From positions 310,001 through 374,000 of the forward strand of contig OZ316894.1 of assembly GCA_973895155.1 (NCBI GenBank): a stretch of DNA of 64,000 nt. Direction: 5' to 3'. Position numbers and translations under genes: made by a program. Under the pieces are notes generated by a model that was given only the letters and a program-made list of their open reading frames with translations, searched no databases and was not told where the DNA came from. Shown here in pieces: positions 47,666 through 58,594 of this stretch. How positions within the stretch are numbered: the stretch's first letter is position 1; each line of letters begins with the position of its first letter. The DNA is from Marsupella aquatica. Its lineage: Eukaryota; Plantae; Marchantiophyta.

Positions 47666-50600
47666 TTGACAAGACTAGCACTTTGGGTGGATGGATGGTC
47701 AACCCCAGCGTGGGTTAAGGCAAGGGCGAATTTGGTTACTCACTGCAGATTTCCATCTAATGTTAGTTATTGCACGAGAGATCGGTCTCAAGTCACTGCA
47801 AAAGGGATTGGCAGTAGGCATATGCATCCTGGTACCACGGGTCAAACAATTGCTATGTTGAAAGATCGTCTACAGCGAGGCATTGCTATAGACTCGTACA
47901 CATATGTTAAAGTTCTGCAAATGTGCTTGCAACAGAAAAACCTTTCAGGAGCCAAGCAAATTCATGATTGCATCATCGAGAGTGGAATTCACGAAAATCC
48001 ATATGTGGCAAACACGCTTTTGAATGTGTATATCAAATGCGGAGGTTTATCGGATGCACGTAGAGTTTTTGATGAAATTCAGAAGAAGAGTGTTATTACT
48101 TGGACCAGCATGATTGCGGGATACGCTAGGAGTGATCATGCTGAATCTGCACTCGAAATTTTCAATCTAATGCGCCAAGAAGGCGTGAAGCCGAATGAGA
48201 TCACGTATCTGAGCATCCTGAATGCATGTTCAAGCCCATTAGCTCTCAATTGGGGAAAACAAATTCATCAGGGTATTCGACATGCCGGCTTTGAATCGGA
48301 CGTGCGTGTAGGGTCTGCTCTCGTACTGATGTACGCTAAATGTGGGTGCATCACCGAGGCAAGGAAAGTTTTTGAAAAGTTGACTAATCGAAATGTCATT
48401 ACATGGAATGTTATGATTGGAGCATGTGCAGAACGTGGTGATGGTGTGGAAGCATATCGACTATTCCTCCAAATGAGACGGGATGGCTTCGAACCAAATG
48501 CAATCACCTATACGAGCATCCTGAATGCATCCGCATGTGATGGGGGTCTGGGATGGGTGAAGGACGTTCATGGCCACGCTAGGAAAGCGGGACTGGAGTC
48601 AGATTTGCGTGTGGGCTCTGCGCTGGTTCACATGTATGCAGAGAGTGGCAGCATAGGTGACGCCCGACTGGTTTTTGACAGAATGGAGAAACGCGATGTA
48701 GTCACATGGACTGTAATGATCGGTGGACTTGCACAACACGGAAGTGGGCATGAAGCTTATCGATTGCTTCTCCAGATGCGACGGGAAGGCTTCGAACCAA
48801 ACGCAGTCACTTATGTGAGCATCCTGAATGCGTCTGCAAGTGCGGGGTCTTTGGAGTGGGTGAGGGAGGTTCATGGGCATGCTAGCAAAGCGGGATTGGA
48901 GTCAGACTTGCGTGTGGGCACTGCACTGGTCCACATGTATGCAAAGAGTGGCAGTATAGATGACGCCCGACTTGTTTTTGAGAGAATGGAGAAACACAAT
49001 GTAGTCGCATGGAACGTAATGATCGGGGGACTTGCACAACATGGATGTGGGCATGAAGCATATCGATTTTTTCTCCAAATGAGACGCGAAGGCTTCGAAC
49101 CAAATGCAATCACTTATGCGAGCATCCTGAATGCATCTGCAAGTGCGGGGGCTTTGGAGTGGGTGAAGGAGGTTCATGGCCACGCTAGCAAAGCCGGACT
49201 GGAGTCGGATTTGCGTGTGGGTAGTGCACTCCTTCACATGTATGCGAAGATTGGCAGTATAGATGATGCCCGACTGGTCTTTGACAGAATGGAGAAACGC
49301 GATGTAATCACATGGAACGTAATGATCGGGGGACTTGCACAACATGGATGTGGGCATGAAGCATATCGATTTTTTCTCCAAATGAGACGCGAAGGCTTCG
49401 AACCAAATGCAATCACTTATGCGAGCATCCTGAATGCATCTGCAAGTGCGGGGGCTTTGGAGTGGGTGAAGGAGGTTCATGGCCACGCTAGCAAAGCCGG
49501 ACTGGAGTCGGATTTGCGTGTGGGCAATGCACTCGTTCACATGTATGCGAAGATTGGCAGTATAGATGATGCCCGACTGGTCTTTGACAGAATGGAGAAA
49601 CGTGATGTAATCACATGGAATGTAATGATAGGAGGGCTTGCACAACATGGATCTGGGCATGAAGCATATCGAATGTTTCTTGAAATGAGACGCCAAGGCT
49701 TCGAACCAAATGAAATCACTTATGTGACCATCCTGAATGCATCTGCAAGTGCGGGGGCTTTGGAGTGGGTGAAGGAGGTTCATGGCCACGCTAGCAAAGC
49801 CGGACTGGAGTCCAATTTGCGTGTGGGTAGTGCACTCGTTCACATGTATGCAGAGAGTGGCAGTATAGCTGACGCCCGACTTGTTTTTAACAGAATGGAG
49901 AAACGCGATGTAATCACATGGAATGTAATGATAGGAGGGCTTGCACAACATGGATCTGGGCATGAAGCATATCGGTTGTTTCTCCAAATGAGACGGGAAG
50001 GCTTTGAACCAGATGCATTCACTTATGCGAGTATTCTGAATGCATCTGCAAGTGCGGGGGCTTTGGAGTGGGTGAAGGAGGTTCATGGCCACGCTAGCAA
50101 AGCCGGACTAGAGTCGGATTTGCGTGTGGGTAGTGCACTCGTTCACATGTATGCGAAGATTGGCAGTATATACGATGCCCGACTGGTCTTTGACAGAATG
50201 GAGAAACGCGATGTAATCACATGGACTGTAATGATAGGAGGGCTTGCACAACATGGATCTGGGCATGAAGCATATCGGTTGTTTCTCCAAATGAGACGGG
50301 AAGGCTTTGAACCAGATGCATTCACTTATGCGAGTATTCTGAATGCATCTGCAAGTGCGGGGGCTTTGGAGTGGGTGAAGGAGGTTCATGGCCACGCTAG
50401 CAAAGCCGGACTGGAGTCCAATTTGCGTGTGGGTAGTGCACTCGTTCACATGTATGCAGAGAGTGGCAGTATAGCTGACGCCCGACTTGTTTTTAACAGA
50501 ATGGAGAAACGCGATGTAGTCACTTGGAACATAATGATCGGTGGACTTGCACAACACGGATATGGGCAGGAAGCCCTGGAACTTTTCAGACAAATGAATG

Positions 50601-51439
50601 CAGACCATGTGAAGCCCACCGAGACGTCATTCATAGCTGTGTTGTTAGCCTGTTCTCATGGAGGCCTTGTTGATGATGGCCGTAGAATCTTTTCTGCTAT
50701 GACGCAAGATTATGGTATCGAGCGTACTGTTTTTCACTATACCCTCATGGTGGATATTCTTGGGCGGGCGGGACACGTGGAAGAAGCAAAGCAGTTGATC
50801 AGTGAGATGCCGATCGAACCAGATGATGTAACTTGGACAGCCTTGCTTGGGGCTTGTAGAACTTACGGTAACGTGGAGCTGGGCGAACTGGCCGCTAACG
50901 AGCTTTTCAAGTTGGAACCCGGTAAGGCCTCTACATATGTGCTGCTCTCCAATATCTATGCTGCAGCTGGGAAGTGGGAGAAGGTGTCATCTGTGCGCAC
51001 TATGATGCAAGAGAGAGGTGTTCGGAAGGAGCCAGGACGTAGCTGGATCGAAGTTCATAACAAGATCCATGAATTTGTGGTGGGGGATACATCTCACCCA
51101 GAAGCGGAGGCGATCTATACTGAGCTGAATAAATTGAGTGAAAAACTGAAGGCGGAAGGCTACATTCCGGATACCCAGCTTGTATTGCATGATATCAATG
51201 AAGAGGATAAAGAGCTAGCCCTTTGCTCTCATAGTGAGAAGTTGGCTATTGCTTACGGACTTATGCACCTGCCTTGGGGAGAACCTATTCGTGTAAGTAA
51301 GAACCTTCGGGTGTGTTCAGATTGCCACTCAGCAACCAAGTATATCTCTAAGGTGACCGGACGCGAGATTATTGCAAGGGATGCAAATCGGTTCCACCAT
51401 TTTAAAGATGGAATGTGTTCTTGTGGTGATTACTGGTGA
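47666..51439 (+). CDS. PLS-class pentatricopeptide repeat protein with E and DYW deaminase domains (organellar C-to-U RNA editing factor)
   Basis: About 29 P/L/S motifs in 101-aa triplets. PG box KEPGRSWIEV, HSEKLA...CSDCH, terminal DYW. Intact ORF. Start uncertain (first in-frame ATG at 47822). Confidence 0.97.
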   Translation: MTRLALWVDGWSTPAWVKARANLVTHCRFPSNVSYCTRDRSQVTAKGIGSRHMHPGTTGQTIAMLKDRLQRGIAIDSYTYVKVLQMCLQQKNLSGAKQIHDCIIESGIHENPYVANTLLNVYIKCGGLSDARRVFDEIQKKSVITWTSMIAGYARSDHAESALEIFNLMRQEGVKPNEITYLSILNACSSPLALNWGKQIHQGIRHAGFESDVRVGSALVLMYAKCGCITEARKVFEKLTNRNVITWNVMIGACAERGDGVEAYRLFLQMRRDGFEPNAITYTSILNASACDGGLGWVKDVHGHARKAGLESDLRVGSALVHMYAESGSIGDARLVFDRMEKRDVVTWTVMIGGLAQHGSGHEAYRLLLQMRREGFEPNAVTYVSILNASASAGSLEWVREVHGHASKAGLESDLRVGTALVHMYAKSGSIDDARLVFERMEKHNVVAWNVMIGGLAQHGCGHEAYRFFLQMRREGFEPNAITYASILNASASAGALEWVKEVHGHASKAGLESDLRVGSALLHMYAKIGSIDDARLVFDRMEKRDVITWNVMIGGLAQHGCGHEAYRFFLQMRREGFEPNAITYASILNASASAGALEWVKEVHGHASKAGLESDLRVGNALVHMYAKIGSIDDARLVFDRMEKRDVITWNVMIGGLAQHGSGHEAYRMFLEMRRQGFEPNEITYVTILNASASAGALEWVKEVHGHASKAGLESNLRVGSALVHMYAESGSIADARLVFNRMEKRDVITWNVMIGGLAQHGSGHEAYRLFLQMRREGFEPDAFTYASILNASASAGALEWVKEVHGHASKAGLESDLRVGSALVHMYAKIGSIYDARLVFDRMEKRDVITWTVMIGGLAQHGSGHEAYRLFLQMRREGFEPDAFTYASILNASASAGALEWVKEVHGHASKAGLESNLRVGSALVHMYAESGSIADARLVFNRMEKRDVVTWNIMIGGLAQHGYGQEALELFRQMNADHVKPTETSFIAVLLACSHGGLVDDGRRIFSAMTQDYGIERTVFHYTLMVDILGRAGHVEEAKQLISEMPIEPDDVTWTALLGACRTYGNVELGELAANELFKLEPGKASTYVLLSNIYAAAGKWEKVSSVRTMMQERGVRKEPGRSWIEVHNKIHEFVVGDTSHPEAEAIYTELNKLSEKLKAEGYIPDTQLVLHDINEEDKELALCSHSEKLAIAYGLMHLPWGEPIRVSKNLRVCSDCHSATKYISKVTGREIIARDANRFHHFKDGMCSCGDYW

Positions 51440-52423
51440 ACCCAGATTGAAAGCTGTGTTGGGCTGGCTGGAAAGTGGCTTCAAATCAGTAGTCACTGGC
51501 AGCGCAGATACAATCAGGTTTTGGGTGTCGCAATTCTGTAACATTAATTTTGAGATTCTGCAATTGGGGGTCGTACCTAGCCCTCTTCTGGCTGAAAGAC
51601 CATTTTATGTAAGAGAAATGTCACGCAAGTTTCGTTTTGAGTGTCGAAATTATAGGTGCTTGAAATCAAGCTGTTGGCTTGATATGTAGAAACCTCTTTT
51701 GACATCTTAGTTGAGTATTGTCCTTAGATCAAAAGAAGAGTTTGCATACAGTAGCTGCCTTGCTGTGAACATGGTACTGGAAGGGAACTCACATTGGTGA
51801 CAGGAGACGAAAATCAAGGGCATAAAGATCAAATGCGCGGATGGCGACCTCCACCAGCAGAAAACTTCAAGCAATGAGTCTTCGAGTTCATCGACTTGCA
51901 GGAAGCCTTTGGCCGAGACTGATGGATGTATTCAGATCTTCGAATACATCCATGTCGAAGATTAGATAATTCAATTCTAGTAAAGTGGCCATGTTCTTCT
52001 GTTTCAAAGGGAGTTGACAGTCTGGATTCGACCAAAACGATATGAAGTTCCATCTCCATCTCAACTGTCTGAGCTTCTCAGATTCGCAAGATACGGTCGT
52101 GAAACGTGCTGGAAAGCTTGTTAGCTACTCTGGGGTTAGGGAAGGCGTAAGGGAATAATTCTCAAATGACGCGAGAATGGAATGCACTGTACAGTACTAT
52201 CGTGAAGGATTATCGGACAAGGCAGGAAAGTGGACTGTATTTGCAGTAGAAACTTTGCTACGTTGACGGCATGATTGAATCCGAAAACTCATAGACCGTG
52301 CGCGTGAACGTAGAAGGGAGCATAGTTCTGCAAGGAATAGTGGAGTAGCATGCGTCTGTTGCTTCTGGTGGGCCCATGCCTACTTCAAGAAAATACATTC
52401 ATGTGTAGAAGGTCTTGAGAGAG

Positions 52424-52514
52424 AAGTAATAGCAATCAGAGCATTAGGTAAGTATTCAAATGAAGGAGAACACCTTGCTATCATAAAAACTCCTGCTGTT
52501 ACCATAGTAGCTGC
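52424..52514 (-). pseudogene. nad5: Nuclear fragment of mitochondrial nad5 (NUMT)
   Basis: Translates [30 protein letters not shown], the conserved plant mitochondrial Nad5 segment. Confidence 0.85.
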
Positions 52515-52871
52515 GCTTAATCTGTTATCTCTTCCTTTTGACTTGAATTTGCTTGGGTGAGATGTTGAAGACGTCTGGTGGAAAGACAACATTCTTCCTT
52601 TGAATTAATCCAAAAACAGTCAGGCAGCAATCAACCACTAAATTTAATGTTCTTGACACTGGAATGCCAATCTGGCAGTTGTTTTCCTCAATCCTCGGCT
52701 GTCAATTCAATGAGAAAACAGGAAATTTTTGCTAGCGACACTGGAAATGGCTAGCGAGGCGGACCTGATTGGTCGGGAAATAAGTCACAATGACCAATAT
52801 CTGATTAATCTTTGACCTCCGTCTGAATAATTCGCATTGCAAATGTGGACCTCCTCCACATATTTAAAAGC

Positions 52872-55302
52872 TGCTGTAACCTAAGGTTAAGTCTACTCCA
52901 AATCATGGTGTAACCACTAACCTAAGGTAGTTACTACAACCACCTGAGTAACTACCTCTATGTATATATGTTTCCCTACATGAATGAGAAGACTATTCTA
53001 TGTAGTACTCAATACGTTATCAGCATGAGTAGGCTCGACATTCAATTTTTTCCTTTAGAAGTGAGAATTAGATGTGGAGGGGTCTCCTTACGAAATTATA
53101 CACAGATCTCTGTAAATTTCTGTCGAAAATTGGCATGAGATTTGGATTGCAAATTAGTCCATTCCCCACATAGGCGATTCCATCCCACCAAACATTCACC
53201 GCCTAATGATATCGCCAACCAATTTCACCAATCTCCATAACTTTATTCAAGGATACAATCGAACATCCGAGCAATCTCCCCGAGCACATCCAAGGCAGCC
53301 AATCCTCAAATCCGGACAGCGTTGAATGCTACTACAAACAGCTGAGTGAGAAATGTCTACCCAATAATAACTCCGGGACAAGGAAACGAGAAAGGTGAAG
53401 GCGCAAATTACAAAAGATAAGTGACTTTCCCATTTTACTGTATCTCATACAGTGATCATTCAATTGAGAATCACAAATTCCCCTCAATCTTTGGACACCC
53501 ACAATGACCACAAATACTATCGAAAAACTCTACTTCCAAGCATTGAATATAGACGGATCCAACTATTTATCTTGGTCTCTAGATATCGAAGAACACCTTG
53601 CCTCTAGAGATCTGCAAGCCACCATTCTAACGGATGCCGGTCCGACTTTGCAGCAGAAGGCTAAAGCCTCAATTCTAATTAGACATCACCTTGTAGACTC
53701 CCTAAAACGCCAGTACATGAATGAATATATTCCCCGCACCCTCTGGGATGACCTACACTCAAGATTTGACCACACACGCACAATTTTTCTACCTGTAGCA
53801 AGGCATGACTGGGTTAATCTTAGAGTTCAAGACCACAAAACTATTGTCGATTACAACAGCAAACTATTTAGAATAGTTGCACAATTGGCCATCTGCGGAC
53901 AACTAGTGGGAGATGAAGAGCAGATTGAGAAAACATTGTCCACATTCCACTCCACCAACCTAGTCCTATCCACACAATACAGGAACATGAACTTCACTAA
54001 ATATTCCGAGTTGATCTCACATAGGCTGTTGGCCAAAAAACATCAACTATTACTACTACAAAACACAAAAACAAGACCCCCAGGCACACTCCCACCACAA
54101 CCAAATACAGAAACACATTACAATGTACAAGAGAGGGAAAACGGGACCTCATTTGGTGGGAGAGGGGGCAGTAGAGGGAGAGCGCCCCAAACGGGCCGAG
54201 GAAACAACTTTAGACGCGATAGCAGAAGCAATACATGCCAAGGAAGGGGTCGTGGAAGACCTAGGTTCAGCGGCAACAATTATCAGAATACCTAGAGATA
54301 ATAGCAACCCACAACGAACGAGAACTCTGGACCTCAGGGGGTTAACTTAGTGTATATTTTGGGGTACCACGTGCGATCCTAGCCTAATATAAACACATCT
54401 ATTTTATAACGGGAATATTCCAAAAATATTCTCTATTTTCAATACTAATGACCTATTTGACTTTATAAAAGGTATGTATTAGAGAATATTCTATAAATAT
54501 GAGTTTATAATACCTTCTTTTGCTTTCTATGATTTTTAATTTTTTTAGCTAATTTCTATGAAAAATATCTATTTTGGATCGCTCGTGGTTCCTAAAATTG
54601 TTCATAGTCAAGCCCCCGAGCCCAGGACAGACACAACCCCACAACAACAAGAGATAAATTCAAAAACCCTCCAACTTGTTTTCAATGTGGAACGAAAGGG
54701 CACTTACAGAAAAACTGTAGAGCCCCAGCACACCTGGCAACATTATATAAACAAAGTTTAAACACAACACAATTCGAAACCCACGGTGTCTTCCTTGAAT
54801 CCGCATAAACATTACCAGAAATGCACCTCATAGCACACCATCCCACACTACCAGAGTTGGATGACCCACACTCATGTATTGTGACAGCGGAACCTCCCAC
54901 TCCATCCTGAGGAATAGATAGTACTTTAGAGAAATAACAACTTCACAACGGAGGGTCACCACCATAATGGGCCAACACCAAATCAAAGAAGGATATGGCC
55001 CAGCCACAATCATCTTACCTCGAGGCACAGTTATCCAAATAAAATCAGCAATCTATGCACCAAGAGCAATGAGGAACCTCCTCAGTTTCAAAGACATCTG
55101 AGCCAACGGCCTACATATTCCTACAAATATGATAAACACACAAGAAGTATTACACGTTATTGCACTGACACCTAATGGGACAGAAACAAAAGAGACCCTC
55201 GTGGCCTACCCCCTCGGTTTTGATAAAACCAAAATACACTGCTTTCACATAGAATCACATACCAACCTGATTATAGAGATCTGGCATAGAAGATTGGGTC
55301 AC
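52872..55302 (+). mobile_element. Second Bianca-type Copia, 5' part (LTR 52872-53014, PBS, gag, protease), cut by a Gypsy insertion
   Basis: LTR resembles that of the first Copia. PBS cgttatcagcatgag at 53015. The gag ORF at 53504-54295 is clearly homologous to 21452-22705. Stops at IWHRRLGH. Confidence 0.9.
54333..54620. mobile_element. MITE (288 bp), same family as 33633-33919, inverted
   Basis: TIR ctcagggggttaact / agtcaagcccccgag. Degenerate TSD CTCTGGAC / CCCAGGAC. Confidence 0.88.
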
Positions 55303-56201
55303 TGTCACGTCGTCGGCGTCGGCCTTAACTCGGGCTTCGACTTAGACGGGCACATTCTTCGTAACAATGAGGGTTCGGGCAGGGAGGGAAGCACGTAATG
55401 CACCTAATTCGTGTAAACTAGCGCTAAGTGCGCCTACTGTTAGATACGGACACATCCTAGGTATGGTTTGTGTTCCGCCGCCGGAACGTACCTTAGTCGA
55501 TAGCAGGATCGACCCTGGCTTAAGGGCTTCTAAACCTTCGTGCTGTCCGCCTTCGATCCGGATTTGATAATACAGGTCCTCAACCCGTGCTCACAACCAC
55601 TTACCCGCAAGCTGCACCCCGTGCACGACTCGGGTAGTGCGTTCGGCCCGACGTTGTCGCCTATACACAAGATTCACACTTACACATACACGCACAAGCA
55701 TACAATCTCGATTTACACGAAGGAAGTAGTGGGAAAGGATTTTACTACAAAGGGGACATATGCGTACACTTGATTGACCCGACAGCCCTGGAGTGAACAG
55801 GTTCAAGGCCGAGGGTGTACACTACAACGGAGCCCGGCTCCGCACTCGCCCAGCGAGCTTAGTCCTACCCCCTCCCCTTGATACTCTTCCACTCCCAGAG
55901 GTCGGGACTCCTCGCACATACCGCGGATGTCCAAGTTGAAACTAAAAACCCCCCCCCTTGCCTCTACCGAGGGGTGCACTAAATACTACGGCCGAGGAAC
56001 GGGGTGGCCTCCCCGTTCGAAGATTCGCTAACTGAGGTCCTAACTAAGCTGACTGTCAGGCCGAAAAATGGCTGTGTCTTATTAGAAGGTACTAATCTAC
56101 GCAGGCTGGACAACATGGCAGTGCTGCTGTAACTAAGGCAGGTGCCTGTCCCAATAGCCTAACTTAGCTATTCCTAACCCTACTCTAATCCTACTCCGCC
56201 G

Positions 56202-58547
56202 CTAATGTCTGGCACGCTTGCCAGAGCCGCCAGAGTGGGAGCGGTCATCCCGCTGCCTGCGAAGTCTGTCGTTGTCCGTCTTGAGGAGCTGGACTTGGTC
56301 CAGCAGAGATTCGTTCTCTCGCTTCACCGCGTCCATCTCCTCCGCTGCCTCCTGGCATGCCTCCTCCAGCTGTTGGGCGTCGCTCGTCAGCTTGCCCACC
56401 AACTGGTCCTGCTTCTCGGCTTCAGTTTGAAGCCGCGCTACTTCGGCTTGTAGCGTGGCTATCTCCGCAGTGTCCCGCTGGGCCCGTTCCTCGGCCTCCT
56501 CCAGGTCCTTCTGCCAGATGACAGTTTGATTCTTCAAACTCTCAATCTGGGACCGGAGCCGTGAAATCTCGGCCTCATTCCCAGCATTGGCCTGTTCGAC
56601 TAGGGTGGTAAGGGCGTGCGCCTTTGCTAACAACTCATCGGCGGCTACAACCTTGGGTCGTAGTTGCAGAAGCTCAGCCTCTTGAGCTGCCACCTCGTCC
56701 TTCAAGTATACGGACTCTACCCGGTATCGCTCTACCCTCTGAAGGGCCTCTGACTGGGCCCGACCTGCCTTTACTGCGGCAACCATCTCCTGATTGAAGA
56801 AACAGGCTACCTTCCGGGCCATGAACTCCCCGATATCCCGGGCAATCTGATGAGAGAAATCTCCCAAAAGCCCGTTCAGAAATGTACCCGGTACGAAGAG
56901 TTCCGGGTGGTCCAGGTTATGCCTGTCCGGATTCGGGCACGGGCAAACGTCAGCACGTGCGGGCACCGGGGTAGTGACATCCAGCACTGGAGACGTAGTG
57001 TTGGAAGGGGCTGGAGTGTCCTCCTCCAGCAACGTTCGGTCCTCAGGAATAACCTCCGGTGGGTCTTCGGGCAGCCCGGGCTCGGGTAGGGCCTCCGCGG
57101 TCCCGACTTCTGTACTTGGCCCGGCCTGGTTGATCATATCTACGGCTGCGGATACCGACCCATTCGGTACCTCCTCGGCCTCGGCTACAGCTACCTGTGG
57201 GGGTGGGGTGGGTGAAGCGTGCGTGGCCGTTGGACTTCGGGCCTCGGGTTGGGGCCGTCTCTCCAAGGCCGGGAAAACCCACCTAGCTGGAACCAGCTTA
57301 GTTACATTGACACGGGGAAGGGTTCGTCGATCAAACCGGGCGTACCACTCAAGAATGATCTCGATGTGGCTTGCAAAATACGCCTTTCCGCCGATGTATA
57401 ACGTCTTTCTTCGCCGCTCCATCTCTTCATGGAATTTCTTAGCAAAGTACGATGCCCACCTCCTAGGTCGATAGTTCTCGACCTGGATAACCTGGGCAGC
57501 GGAGATCTCACCCCGGGGTTCCATCATGTGGAGGGCGTACCGTTGGAACTCCAGTCGCTCGGCTATCTCGGGGATGAGGCAAGTCCTCATCACGAACCCG
57601 TTGTCCACTGCTCCGTCGGCGGGAAAACCCGAGGATTGGTACTTGGCTCCCTTGCCCCCGAGAGCCCGTGACTCGACGCGGTAATCACCTTCGGGTAACC
57701 CAAAGATCAACTTGAGCCTTTCTTCCGTGAGGGACATATTCCTTCCCCGCAGCCGAGTCTACTGACGGGCCTCGTCATAATTCTTGATGAATTCCTTCAT
57801 ATCATCCCCGTAGTACCTGCAACTGTTCCAGGGAAGAGAGGCGAGGTGCTCGAATCCCTGAGTTTTCAGGTACACCGCATGCTTGGGATGGAGGATGTTT
57901 TTATGCACGTTTTCCCCCATGCGGTGCATTGTCACCTTGGCCGCGGCTACCGTGGCCATGGGTAACCCGGATGCAGCAGCGGCCTCCTTCCTCTTCTTTC
58001 CCCGTGACTGGCTCGGGGAGGGTGACACCTCCCCATCCTCTCGATCGGGTATAGGTAATGCTACCGCCGTTAGCATTGGTGCCAAGGCGGCCACGGTCAC
58101 CGCGTTGTCTGCTGGAGCCGCTCTTCGGGGCCGCCTGAGCAAAGGGAGGGTCGCCTCATCGTCGTCGCTAAGGTCCACAGCGTTGATGACAGAGCGCAAC
58201 TGCACCGGCGGGACGATCGGTGGTGGGGGTTGGCTAGACTGAGGCTGAGCTTGAGCTTGAGCCTAAGGTAGAGGCTGAGGCTGAAGCTGAGCCTGAGCCG
58301 GTGTTGGCGCGGGCACGGGTATGGGGTCGACTGGCCCGGCGCCGGTGGTTGAGGGTCTAGTTTCCATGAAGTTCTGTAGGTGCTGGCAGAGTAGCTCCGA
58401 AGCAAGTACAGACGGCCTTGTCGCACGGGTAGTGCTGGACGCGCTGTTGATGTTAGCCTGGACCCGAGCAGGGATGTGGTCAAAGTGATGCTGTTGCAAG
58501 TCGATCGTGCCTGGGATACTGAAGACTTCGTCTGGAAGTCGAAGCAA
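56202..58547 (-). pseudogene. Gypsy 3' extra ORF (plant-transposon-protein-like domain plus coiled coil)
   Basis: ORFs 58263-58547, 57759-58205 and 56202-57737. Homologous to 33347-38232. Confidence 0.75.
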
Positions 58548-58594
58548 AGCTTCCCAGAACCCGATATATTTGTCTCCATCAAAGAAATACCCTG

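Noticed and set aside
48268-50634. Antisense ORFs, including the 396-aa ORF at 48902-50092
   Set aside because: Shadows of the repetitive PPR frame.
52424-52440. PPR predicted target matching nad5 just past the NUMT (IVITFVGA codons)
   Set aside because: The match is partial, relies on recalled nad5 sequence, places the candidate C out of register, and such codons are common in membrane proteins.
55367-55806. Small ORFs duplicated at 63584-63943
   Set aside because: They lie within the LTRs and have no recognisable protein features.
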